Below the pieces are notes generated by a model. The model saw only the letters and a list, made by a program, of their open reading frames with translations. It was not told the DNA's origin and made no database searches. A stretch of DNA of 64,000 nt from a virus (lineage: Duplodnaviria > Caudoviricetes): the IMG/VR virus record IMGVR_UViG_3300037400_005963, positions 1 through 64,000 of that record; one strand, given 5' to 3'. Every line of letters starts with the position of its first letter. Position 1 is the stretch's first letter. Positions 31,811-42,500 of the stretch are shown here, piece by piece. Both the position numbers and the translations under genes were made by a program.

Positions 31811-32197
31811 TTATTCAGCTAAAAAATCTAATTCCTTTTGGAGGATATTTGCATCCTTCCGTCTATAATTCAGATCATTGAGAATATCTTTCTTAAGAGA
31901 ACCAATATAACCCGTTAGACCTAAAATTATTCCATCATTATTTGCGGGCCAAGACTCGACAGGAGCAGTAAAGTAATATAATTTTTCTCTTAAAAATACT
32001 CCAGTTGCCCTAATTACATTATCCTCTCCCTTATTATACAATAATGCAATCTGTGAGAATCCCCTACCAATATTTCTAAGATACATAACGGGAGAGTCGT
32101 TTAAGAGACCATTCTTTTCTTCAAACGATAAAAAAGAGTGATATACTTGCATATTATCTTCTAAGGTAGAGAATTCTTTTTGTCTAAACTGTATCAA
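31811..32197 (-). CDS. Leader-bearing putative internal head protein
   Basis: TTG start; N-terminus (M)IQFRQKEFS shared with the cargo family. Confidence 0.6.
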   Translation of the reverse strand: MIQFRQKEFSTLEDNMQVYHSFLSFEEKNGLLNDSPVMYLRNIGRGFSQIALLYNKGEDNVIRATGVFLREKLYYFTAPVESWPANNDGIILGLTGYIGSLKKDILNDLNYRRKDANILQKELDFLAE

Positions 32198-32216
32198 TTT
32201 CTTTCTATTTTATTAA

Positions 32217-32248
32217 AGAACTCCCCCACTTTATTACGGAGGAGTTCT
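32217..32248 (-). terminator. Stem-loop, probable intrinsic terminator
   Basis: AGAACTCC...GGAGTTCT inverted repeat in the 32198-32254 gap, flanked by A/T runs. Confidence 0.6.
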
Positions 32249-32254
32249 ATTTTT

Positions 32255-32680
32255 TTACCAACGATAAGAATTATATCCCATAGATTCCATTGCGCGTGTT
32301 TTTCTTTCTTCACGTGCAGCCTTTTCTTCAGCTTCTTTCTTTCTTCTTAAGTAAGCTCGATCTTTTGGGCTAGCTTTCTTATATCTTTTAATTTCATGAT
32401 CAACTCTTTCCTCGGTATTTTTTTTGTGCTTCTTTCCAGCAAAATATCCTGCAGTAGCACCAAGACCTGCACCAATCGTACTACCAATTAAGGCACCTCT
32501 GCTTGGATTTTTGGGGCTTGCTGCAAGACCAATAGACAAACCTGGAAGTGCACCTAATACACCACCACCAATACTTCCAGTGCGTTTAGCATGACGAACA
32601 GATCTTTTCTCCTTCAGTCGATCTTCTAGATAATCTTCATCCTCCATTTTAGAGAAGAGGTTTCTTTTTAGTATAATCAT
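32255..32680 (-). CDS. Leader-bearing glycine-zipper protein (putative internal head/ejection protein)
   Basis: MIILKRNLFS leader; GSIGGGVLGALPGLSIG...GALIGSTIGAGLGATAG. Confidence 0.65.
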   Translation of the reverse strand: MIILKRNLFSKMEDEDYLEDRLKEKRSVRHAKRTGSIGGGVLGALPGLSIGLAASPKNPSRGALIGSTIGAGLGATAGYFAGKKHKKNTEERVDHEIKRYKKASPKDRAYLRRKKEAEEKAAREERKTRAMESMGYNSYRW

Positions 32681-32682
32681 AT

Positions 32683-32949
32683 CTATTTCTCGTTTTGAAA
32701 TTTTTTACAGTATTTTAAATTTTCTCTATACCACTCATCCCTTGTCATCTTATCCTTAAAAATTTCATCATAAGCTCTATCAATGTTACAGATAAGAGGA
32801 CGATCTTCATAAATAGTACAGAGATTTGTATCTGGATCTAGGTATTTACACCAACCAGTTTCTGGATCTACTAATTCAGGTGCAATTAAACCTATTCGCT
32901 TACAACATTCCCCACACTTTGAACAAGGGAATTTTCTAGGTATATTCAT
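32683..32949 (-). CDS. YkgJ / CxxCxxCC family metal-binding (Fe-S/Zn) protein
   Basis: CSKCGECC...GWCKYL...CTIYEDRPLIC signature. Confidence 0.8.
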   Translation of the reverse strand: MNIPRKFPCSKCGECCKRIGLIAPELVDPETGWCKYLDPDTNLCTIYEDRPLICNIDRAYDEIFKDKMTRDEWYRENLKYCKKFQNEK

Positions 32950-32955
32950 ATTACT

Positions 32956-33147
32956 TTATAAATTTTTTTTTCCTATAGATCCAAAAGATTTGCAGTATGA
33001 TTTATTATCTTTATTGATAAAAGTCTCCCCAAAGCTTTTTTCATAGGAACTAGAAGATTCATAGGTTTGGATATCTTCTCCATTATCGCCAATGATATGT
33101 TTATATTTTTTATGGGAAGTTATTTTTGGTTTTCTTTTTATTAACAT
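32956..33147 (-). CDS. Small hypothetical protein (63 aa; start re-assigned to ATG 33147)
   Basis: ATG at 33147 directly follows the stop of 33149..33577; MLIKRK start and two internal KSFG motifs. Confidence 0.45.
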   Translation of the reverse strand: MLIKRKPKITSHKKYKHIIGDNGEDIQTYESSSSYEKSFGETFINKDNKSYCKSFGSIGKKNL

Positions 33148-33148
33148 C

Positions 33149-33577
33149 TTAGAATTCCTCCTTCCTATCACTACATAATCCGAAAAGATAGCGATATTTT
33201 TGAGAATCTTGCATAAAAGTCTCAGTCTCACCACATAATCCTTTAAACTCTGGACCTTGTGGAATTCTTTGATAGAACTTAGTAGTCTCCTCTATGACGT
33301 GATCTATGAATTTCATAAAATCTTCATCGCCACACTCCACACACTGAACATCAGAGGGACCCATTTTTCCTAGGATTCCCATATATCCTTCAGCTATTGC
33401 ATCCTGAAAATCACTCATCAATTTGTGATATTCATCCAAGTATACGTGGATATCTTTTTTAGGTGCGGCCCAGTGAAGATTCTTACATTTATTAAGAAAT
33501 CCTGTTAAACTGCTCAAATAAGACAGAAATACGTGACGATCTTCTTCACTGTATTCCTTCTGCTTAAATTGTATCAT
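33149..33577 (-). CDS. Dps/ferritin-like protein carrying the cargo leader
   Basis: LHWAAP...IHVYLDEYH...QDAIAE matches the Dps H-W / H / D-x-x-x-E ferroxidase pattern; N-terminus MIQFKQKEYS. Confidence 0.7.
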   Translation of the reverse strand: MIQFKQKEYSEEDRHVFLSYLSSLTGFLNKCKNLHWAAPKKDIHVYLDEYHKLMSDFQDAIAEGYMGILGKMGPSDVQCVECGDEDFMKFIDHVIEETTKFYQRIPQGPEFKGLCGETETFMQDSQKYRYLFGLCSDRKEEF

Positions 33578-33599
33578 ATCTAATATATATGTTGGACCT

Positions 33600-33607
33600 C
33601 AAATATA
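33600..33607 (-). promoter_or_regulatory. Possible Bacteroidota-type -7 promoter element (TAnnTTTG) upstream of the Dps-like gene
   Basis: TATATTTG on the minus strand just after the tube terminator and ~23 nt before the ATG; no clear -33 TTTG found. Confidence 0.3.
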
Positions 33608-33660
33608 ATTTTAAATATAATTATAAGTGAGGATAAATTCATAACCTTCTCTATTAAAGA

Positions 33661-33699
33661 GGGGGAGACTTAGTATAACAGAAATGTCACTGCTCCCCC
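33661..33699 (-). terminator. Stem-loop after the tail tube gene, probable terminator
   Basis: GGGGGAG...CTCCCCC inverted repeat followed by TCTTTAAT on the minus strand. Confidence 0.6.
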
Positions 33700-33719
33700 A
33701 ATTAATAGAAATTTTAATT

Positions 33720-34307
33720 TTAGAGGTTATTCTCTTCTCTGTGATAGTGCTCGAAACTCATAGACAGAGAAACATCTGCACGATCAGTCTCACTAGCTTC
33801 CTCACCATTTTCATTAATAGGTGCATCCTGATACAGGAGGTTATAGAAGTAGAGAGTCTTAACAGCGATACGAGATGAGTTGGTGATAGTCAGCTTAGCA
33901 TCCATAACTAAGTCAGCCTTTCTGAACGAATATCTAGTATCGGGGTCAGAGATTTTGTTACGCCAGTCAGTTACCCAATAAGTAATGGCTGTATCCTCAC
34001 GGTCAACGAATTGAAGGGTGAGGGTACCACTAGTATTCTGAGAAGTTCTTTGTGCAATGTTGAAGCCACCACGCATTCTCTTCTCAATACCAGTAGTAGA
34101 GTAGTCAATACCTACTTGAACTGAATTAAGACGTGCATTAATCAGGTCATCGCCCGGATAATAAACAATCTTAGGGGCGTTAGTGACACTGAATTCCCAC
34201 ATATCGCCACGAAGGAATTCCCTATTGTTGTCGCGATAGGTGTTCTCGTAATCAATAAAGTGCATTAAGCCCTTTCCAGAGCGCACTAGATCAGCTACTT
34301 TTGCCAT
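33720..34307 (-). CDS. Tail tube protein (gp19-like)
   Basis: 195 aa; SGTLTLQFVDREDTAITYWVTDW...VSLSMSFEH tube pattern; high-expression codon bias; followed by a hairpin. Confidence 0.8.
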   Translation of the reverse strand: MAKVADLVRSGKGLMHFIDYENTYRDNNREFLRGDMWEFSVTNAPKIVYYPGDDLINARLNSVQVGIDYSTTGIEKRMRGGFNIAQRTSQNTSGTLTLQFVDREDTAITYWVTDWRNKISDPDTRYSFRKADLVMDAKLTITNSSRIAVKTLYFYNLLYQDAPINENGEEASETDRADVSLSMSFEHYHREENNL

Positions 34308-34309
34308 AA

Positions 34310-36523
34310 TTAAGTTTGATTTTTATTATAATTAAGTATTATATCGAAGCTAACATCCTCGGAAATAAGGTCACTCATCTTCGTAAGTATATTAGCTTGT
34401 ATTGTTTGTGTTAGTTTATTTAATTCAAAACTAATCACCTGAATTGATCGTATAATAGTAAAATCTTCTGATATTTTTGTCAGGGTTCTCTCAAAACTTT
34501 TTCGAATAGTGGGATTATTCATTTTTTCTCCAATAATCCTCCACTTCCAACGTTCCAGTTCTCTACTAACTCGACTGATGACAAATCTAACTAGAGGAAA
34601 AGTTTCGGGATCATCACCTGGATAATACATATCATAGAAATAACTATGATCATTAGATTTTAAAACATTTGATTTATACTCTAACTCTAAAATTTTATCA
34701 TTATACTCTTCATTTAGATCTTCTTTTAGTACTGGATAGAGAACTTCACTCGTTTGCGGTAAATAATTATTCTGAAATAATCCTCTTAAAAATAAGTCAT
34801 ATCCGGGTCTCCACTCTAAATCATCTCCGTAGAAAAAATTTCCGAAAAAGTAAATCAATCTATTTTCTGGATCATCTTTTACTAAATTGGTATCTAAATC
34901 ATTTCCCTGATTTACTATTAGTGCTTGACAATTACATTTTTTTGTGGCTTCTAATATTTGGTAGTCAGATAATCCTGTTTTTTCCGGAACTAATATAAAG
35001 TCCGTAAATTCATTATTATCAGTTAATTGATCTAATGAATATTGATAATTCCAATTTTCTGCATTCTCATACATACCGCCACTAAGTGTCCAATCACCCA
35101 ATACCCAACCATTTTCGGGCTCATCTTCTACTAAGATTTCAAATCTTACTAATTTAGATTCCCTTGAAACTAATTCATCCAATCTTTCTTCGCCTACCGC
35201 TGAAGTTAGGGAACCTTCAAAGGTTTCCTCGTAATCAAATCTTAAAACAGTAAGAGTATAAATATCTTTATATAATTCTGATTCTTCGAGAATGACTTCT
35301 ATTTCTCCATCATCACCTCCAGTACCAATTGTCTTTGACTCAAATCTATAAAGCTCACAAGGTTTTACGTAAGTCTCATAAATATCTTTCTGATTTTCAA
35401 GATCATCTGAGTAATAGTTAAATGTCTCTGGCATATTGCAAGGAAAACTTAAATATATCTCATCGCCAAGCTTGAATTTTTTTTGATTTTCATCAGATCT
35501 TAATCCCAGAAGTTGCTTTAGTTGAGCCACACTGTCAAAGTAATATATATTTCCCGTAGGAGTGATCATATCAACTTTAGCAGTAAAGTCGTCATTGGGA
35601 CAACTTAATATCTCTATATCATAAAAATGTTCGGCTGGTCTATAGAAATAATAATCATATTCATATATTTTTCCATCAGCTAAAGTCTCAAGTCCCGAAT
35701 CTCTTGGAATAGCAAAATAATTAGTGAGGAGTATTTTTGTTTCCCAACCTCCTTCTACTAGAATAAAGTCAACACACTTCAAATCTTCATCTTTCAATTC
35801 ACCGAATTCTAGCAATATATTACTACCAACAGTAATATCATAATTTACCTTATCACTAAATTCATCGAACGATGAAAATTTTTCAGTAAGTTCGGAAATA
35901 CTTACTAAGTGTCTGTCTGATTCTTCTACTATAGGATCATCTAAAAGTGGATAAGAACAGTATGCTTCATTTTCTCCAACGGACAGCCTATCCCTATTCC
36001 TATTTGATCTACTAGTTATAGGAATATCTAGTTCCTCTAAAAATGCATCATAAGATTCTTTAAATCTATAATAGGAAAAGAGGCAGTTAGACTCCGCGTC
36101 TCGAAATGGACCAGTCTCAGTTAATACTTTGTAAAGAATGTTCGGATTTTTTTCTTGCCTTACTAAAAGATTTTCATCACTAAGTAAATTTTCTACATTC
36201 CTCAATAAAGAAATACTACTTTCCGTTTGTGGAGAAATATCTTCCAGAAAATAATATCCTTCTGCTATATCTAACCCAATATCACATAAAGTGGGTCGGA
36301 AAAGATATAGAGTAATATTTCCTAAATTTAAAAGAAATTCTAGATATTCATACTCAGTGAAATCTTTTCCAAAACAAGCCTGAAGTTCTCGAAAATCATT
36401 TATAAGTATAGGTTTCTCGTAGGATAAATCGGCATTAACAACCTCTGTTAAAACTAAATTCCTTAGTAGAGTTTCGCTTTGTGTTCCATAATCTATCCAA
36501 GAATTTCCTGCTGTAATTTTCAT
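34310..36523 (-). CDS. Divergent second tail-sheath-like protein
   Basis: N-terminal KPILINDFRELQACFG and C-terminal RFVISRVSRELE...IIGEKMN...IILNY resemble the sheath termini; directly upstream of the tube. Confidence 0.6.
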   Translation of the reverse strand: MKITAGNSWIDYGTQSETLLRNLVLTEVVNADLSYEKPILINDFRELQACFGKDFTEYEYLEFLLNLGNITLYLFRPTLCDIGLDIAEGYYFLEDISPQTESSISLLRNVENLLSDENLLVRQEKNPNILYKVLTETGPFRDAESNCLFSYYRFKESYDAFLEELDIPITSRSNRNRDRLSVGENEAYCSYPLLDDPIVEESDRHLVSISELTEKFSSFDEFSDKVNYDITVGSNILLEFGELKDEDLKCVDFILVEGGWETKILLTNYFAIPRDSGLETLADGKIYEYDYYFYRPAEHFYDIEILSCPNDDFTAKVDMITPTGNIYYFDSVAQLKQLLGLRSDENQKKFKLGDEIYLSFPCNMPETFNYYSDDLENQKDIYETYVKPCELYRFESKTIGTGGDDGEIEVILEESELYKDIYTLTVLRFDYEETFEGSLTSAVGEERLDELVSRESKLVRFEILVEDEPENGWVLGDWTLSGGMYENAENWNYQYSLDQLTDNNEFTDFILVPEKTGLSDYQILEATKKCNCQALIVNQGNDLDTNLVKDDPENRLIYFFGNFFYGDDLEWRPGYDLFLRGLFQNNYLPQTSEVLYPVLKEDLNEEYNDKILELEYKSNVLKSNDHSYFYDMYYPGDDPETFPLVRFVISRVSRELERWKWRIIGEKMNNPTIRKSFERTLTKISEDFTIIRSIQVISFELNKLTQTIQANILTKMSDLISEDVSFDIILNYNKNQT

Positions 36524-36534
36524 AATACCTCTTA

Positions 36535-39500
36535 TTAATCCATTGCAAGACCTCCCTTAGAAGTCTTTCCTCGAGGCGGAGTTCTATAAGTTCCACCATG
36601 TTTCTGTGAAGAATCACGATATCTATTAGTCTCCTTCTTCTTTGGCTTGGTTTGGTTATCTCTCTTACTTGGTTTCTTGGTAGAAGGTTTCTTCTGATCT
36701 TTCTTCTGATCTTTCTTCTGATCTTTCTTCTGACTCTCCTTTTTCTTATCCTTCTTCTGTTTCTCCTCCGGCTTTTTCTCCTCTTTCGGTGGAGAGTTTT
36801 TCCAAGCAGCTTCTTCTTGGGTAAATTTACTTCTATCAAGATCCCACCGTGGATTTGGATTTTCTCCAACTATACTGAAAGATAATTCCAATTCATCTCC
36901 ACTTCCTTCTATTGAACCTTTTCGTTCTTCACTCATATCCTTTAAAACACATAATAAATCATATCGATTTATGGTACTTAACTGTGGAGTAAAGACATAT
37001 ATTTTTATTCTAAATGTGATGTTTTTATATAATGCTAGACAGGGAGATGTTTTATCAACCGCCGTAATCATATTTGGATTAGGTATTCCAATCATCCTTG
37101 CACGGTCAAAAATCTCAGGACTAACTTTATAACTAACATCATTTATACGTTTATTTCCACGAGCATTGAAAATCGTATAAGAGCCATCCTTCCCATCTAT
37201 TTTACAATTCTCTACTGTAAAAAGACCATCTGGAAAAGTTTCTTGAATACCTAAAAACTTTTCAGAATTGTCATAACCATAGTACTGACTTTTATGAATT
37301 TCACTGCTATAGACACTAACATACATACTCTTCTCAAAGAACTGCCTGAAAGATTTATAACTATCGTCTACCAAAGTTAAACGAAGTTCATTGGTAAATT
37401 CAATACCTCCGGGAAAGTTAATCTCTCCATCATAAATACCAAGGGACTTCATATTCATCTTTGCGCGACTTAAATCGAAGTCTACAACTGGGAACCATCT
37501 ATTGTAAGAAGTAATTACATTATGCTGAATCCAGTTTTTAGCATTCATTTCCTCAACTGAAGGAAGATATGAGCAGTATCCATTGTCCCAACCTAAATAC
37601 GGTTCAATTGTTACTTCCCAATACGAATTTGAATCTAATGTCCAAACAGTACCGTCATCCATATCGTCCACTAAAGATCTAAATTTAGTGTATTTACCTG
37701 GATGAGACATCAATGAACTATCTATAATAGCCTGATTGAAAGTACTTGGAGTCATTATAGTTTCTTCAGAGTATCCAGAATCAGTTAACTCTTCCAAAGT
37801 AGTCCACATACCGGTTCCCCGCATGTACTGATCTTTGAAGAAATAATTAATTTCTGAATTTAAATCAGCTTTTACATCCGGATTGAATGCTTCTACGAAA
37901 GAACGCTTTAAGATACTTTTTAAATTAACCGTTCCATCTTTATTAGCTAAATTGGAGGTATCTATTTCCTTTGAGATTCTCATATTAGGATCAGTCCAAC
38001 CTAACGTATTTCTCCAGTCATTTCCTGGCGGGGTTGGTCGTTCTTTCTTTTCAAATCTCTCGTTGATAAAATCAGTTACAGTTTTTGTGTAAATATCCTG
38101 AGCTTTCCAAGGATCTTCTGCATCTCTCTTTTTTGGTCTATTAAAGGGTTTAGATTTATCTGGTTTACTCACATAGCGGCCATCATTAAAGTAGGCATTC
38201 AAATTTATAGTCGCATTCTCTACTGTGGATGCCAGAAGTCCTCTCGCATTATCTAAAATATCCCCTTCGGCAGATTTACTAAATTGAGTAACATTTGAAT
38301 CTGGTAATCGAGATCTATTAATCTTTAAGACCTCGTCTCTCATGTCCCTGGCCTTAATAAGTGCCCATAATATCATATCCACGGAATGTTCCTTCATTCC
38401 TGTGAAATTATCTAGAGTTCTCCAGAATTGTCCCTTAGTATTTAGTGCATTATATCCACGTCTAACCTCATCGGCAATAAATCTAAGATAGTCATTAGCA
38501 TTTAACATGGCAGATAAATCACCTGGCATGTGAGAATAGGTTGTATAAATTTTTCCTTCACCCTTATAATATTCCTTTGCCAAGTTTTTTATATCCTCCT
38601 CTATCCTAGTAACCTGAGTAGCAGATAGGTCTGAACTAGTAAATTTACTTAAAAGACTTTGTAATTTTTGTCCCCAACCGCCGAGATCCTTAGAGCTAGC
38701 ATAATTTAATAGATAGGAACTATATTTTTGTACGTGATGTTCCGCACGGGCCTTAAATGCATTAGTTAGTACCTCCAGATCCTTTTCTGAATCAGGATCA
38801 AAATAGTAATCGTAGTCACGGGTTTTATCACTTCTTTGACCTGCGACTGGACCCTTTACTGAATATTCCGTTCTAGGTGCGAGAGATTTAGGGAGTTTTC
38901 CGCCAGTCTTTATTTGTTCTTCTGCCCGTTTAACTAGTAAATCTTCAAAAACTTCCTTCGCCTGTTCTTCAGTTAGTGGCGTTTTTCCTCTTCTAAGATT
39001 ATCTAGAGTTATTGCAACAGAATCAGCGTCACCGTCAATTATAGGAATACCGGAGATTTCACTATTTGCACGATTTTGGATCCAGTAGTTAAACAGGTTC
39101 TCTAATTCTTCTTCGCTAAAGTTTTCACTATCTCGAATAAAATTGTCTAGAATAATGGCCAAGGGATCTACCCCAGGTTTATCCATTCCCAGGGTTCTTC
39201 CAAGCTCATCTCTCGTTTGTTCTGCTCTAGTAAGAAGTAAATTATTATATAGTTGTTCGGCTTGCTCGTCAGTTAAACTACCATTATCTCTGGCATAATT
39301 ATCTAGAGTTACCGCCAGTGGATCTATTTGAGGTTTATCCGTTCCTATAGTCGGACGAATTTTTCCATCTTCTTCTAAAGGCAAATCGGTTAGGGGGAAG
39401 TCTCTATTCTCCTCATTCCTTAACCTATCCTTAGCATCGGTATTTGGATTTTGATCGGATATAGTTCCCTGATAATCCTGTTGGGCTCTTTTTAATAGAA

Positions 39501-42500
39501 GTTCATTGAAAAGTTCTTTTAAACCGCCTACACTCAGGTCTCCATTCCTAACTAAATCGTCTAATATGACTGCCAGTTGATCTATGCCCGGTTTTTCTGG
39601 ACCTACTGTTCGAACAGTCTTACCATCATCTTCTAAAGTGTGGCGAAGACTCTCTACTTTATCGGGATCATCTAAGACATTTCCGTCCTTATCATAAACC
39701 TCTCCTCTCCTGACTCCTAATACCGCATCGGGTAGGGGTTCGTGATCTGGATCAAACTGCTTACCAATCGTACCATCGACACTATACCTTATTTGATCCT
39801 CCCTGACCCGTTCTTTTGCAGCTTCTCCTCTAAAATCAAGGAAAAAATCATAGAGTGATTTTAACTGTGATTCACTGAGCTCTCCATAGGCTCCCCTAGC
39901 TAAATCATCCAGTATAACCGCAAGTTGATTTATTTGAGGTTTTTCTGGACCGGCCGTTGGAACAGTTTTTCCATCTTCCTCTAGAGAATCCCTTAATATT
40001 CCAGAATTTAAATCATCTTTTATAGCTGAAGTGATGTGATCCACTTCCGTTTTTCCATCTTCCTCCAGAGAATCTCTTAATATTCCAGAATTTAAATCAT
40101 CTTTTATAGATGACGTAGTGTGATCCTGTTCAATAAGTCCACCAGTTTCTAGATAGTCTCTTAATTGATCCCTTTCATATAGATCTTCTTTTATTTTTGT
40201 ATCTGGATTCTGGTCTGACCTGATATACTGTTTTTGTTCCTCAGCTCTTTTGAGTATGAGCTCATCATACAATGATTTAGACGAACCTTCATCTAATGAT
40301 TCACTATCTCTTGCAAGATCGTCAAAAGCTATCGCAACTGCATCACCTTCGGGATTAGTTTGTATAGTTTTTCCATCCTCCTCTAGAGAATCCCTTAATA
40401 TTCCAGAATTTAAATCATCTTTTATTGAAGAGGAAGTATGGTCTCTTTCTATTAAACCATCTGACGCTAACTCATCTCTTAGTATTCCCGAATTAAAATC
40501 ATCTTTTATGGAAGAAGTAGTGTGATCTTCTTCTATTAGACCATCTAGTTCTAATTCATCCCTGAGTTTTCCGGAATTTAAGTCATCTTTTATGGGAGAT
40601 GTGGTATAATCTTCTCCTACTATACCATCGGATTCTAGCTCATCCCTTAGTTTTCCAGAATTTAGGTCATTTTTTATAGAAGAAGGATCACTTTGATCCT
40701 CAAGTACAAGACCGTCCAGTTCTAATTCATTCCTGAGTTTTCCAGAATTTAGATCAGTTTTTATAGAAGAAGGTTGACTTTGATCTTCTAATACAAGACC
40801 ATCAGTTTCTAGATTTTCCCTTAATTTTCCAGAATCTAAATCAGTCTTTATAGGAGAAGGTTGATTTTGATCTTCTAATACGTGGCCATCTAACTCTAGC
40901 TCTGATCTTAAACCATCACGTTCAAAGAAATTTTTTTGATCCGTATTTGAATTTTGATCACTTAATATATAGCCATCAGATTTTAAATTACTTTCAAGGT
41001 GACCATGACGGAGTTGAGATTTCTGTTTTTCATCGGATAACTGATCCTCCGTGATTAATCCGTCTGTTTCCAGTTCAGTTTTTAATCCGGTATTTCTAAG
41101 ATATTTCTTTTCTTCTGTTCCAGAATCCTGATCTTCGATAGATAATTCTTGTGAGGTTAATTCTTTAGCTAATCCTTCTTCTTTCAGCCTCCTTTTTTCT
41201 TGAGTCTCTATTTCCTGATCTTTGAGAGTATAACCATCTTCAGGCAATTTCTTTTTTAATCCTTTATCATGATATCTACCTTCATAGTTAAGAAACTCTT
41301 TCTCAGGGGTATTCGAATCTTGATCAGCAATAATCTTTCCCTCTTTAGATAATTCTTTTCTTAATCCACGCCCATTACCTTCATAATTAAAATACTCTTT
41401 TTCTGGAGTATTTGAATTTTGATCAGATATGGATTTACCAGTAGGATCTAATTCATCCCTTAACCTACCAGACTTTAGATCAATTTTAATGGGAGAATTT
41501 TCTGATTGATCTATAATATAACCATCCCAGGAGATTTCTTGGGTTAACTCATCTCTAGCAAGTTTATTTTTATCTGGTGTATCTAAATTCTGGTCTTTGA
41601 TAGACTTCTCAGTCTCTCTTAATTTTTTTTCTAAACCTTCCTCCCTTAGTATATATTTTTCTCTTGTTTTCGGTTCTTGATCGACCAATACTTTTTCGTC
41701 TTTACTCAACTTTTTTGGTAAACGAGAATTTTTCAGTAACTCTTTTAAATCCGTATGAGAGTTCTGATCTCGTAGAACCAATGCTTCTGGGAGAAATTCT
41801 TTTCTAAATAATCCCTTCTGCAGTTTATGTTTTTCTTTAGTACTGTTTCGATCTCCTGATCTTTTTCCTAATTTAGGTAAAATTTCAGATAAACCATTTA
41901 CTTTATATTTACGTTTTTCTTCAGTTGTCTCATCATCTTCTCTAGGCTTACCGTACTTTTCTAGACTAGACGTTAATCCCTTATCGTTTAAACTGATTTC
42001 ATAATTTAAAATCTTTTTTGGGTCGGTATCAGGTCTTTGATCTGAAATGACCGTTCCATCGCCTGGAATTGAATCGCCTAGTATTTTTTCAGTTTCAAGT
42101 CGATACTTTTCTTCGGTCCTTATTGAATCTTTTTCAATAAAACCATCTTTGTTTAATTTTGTTTTAAAACCTTTTTCCTCAAGATATGATTTTTCAACTG
42201 AATTTATTAAATCTATTAATAATGTTCCACCTTCCGGAAGAACTTTCCTCAAGCCACGGTCATTTAATCCATTATCATCCAGATATAGTTTTTCTTCTGT
42301 ATTCGGATCTTGATCGCTTTGAAGTAAACCATCTTTCTCCAGAGAATCCTCTAACCTATTTTTCTCATTGACTTGATGTTTTTGAGCAGTTAGATAACGG
42401 TCTTCTTCAAGCTCTCCGTCGGGTACCAATGTATCGATTAAACCCTCACGACGAAAATATCTCTTCTCTTCAGTATTAAAATCTTTATCTGAACCGGGCT

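Noticed and set aside
36435-36869. Arg-rich 144-aa minus-strand ORF
   Set aside because: Alternative-frame reading of the K-rich (KKDQ)n tail of the giant gene, overlapping two real genes; 17493..17678 is likewise an alternative-frame reading of the K/R-rich tail of 17554..19089.
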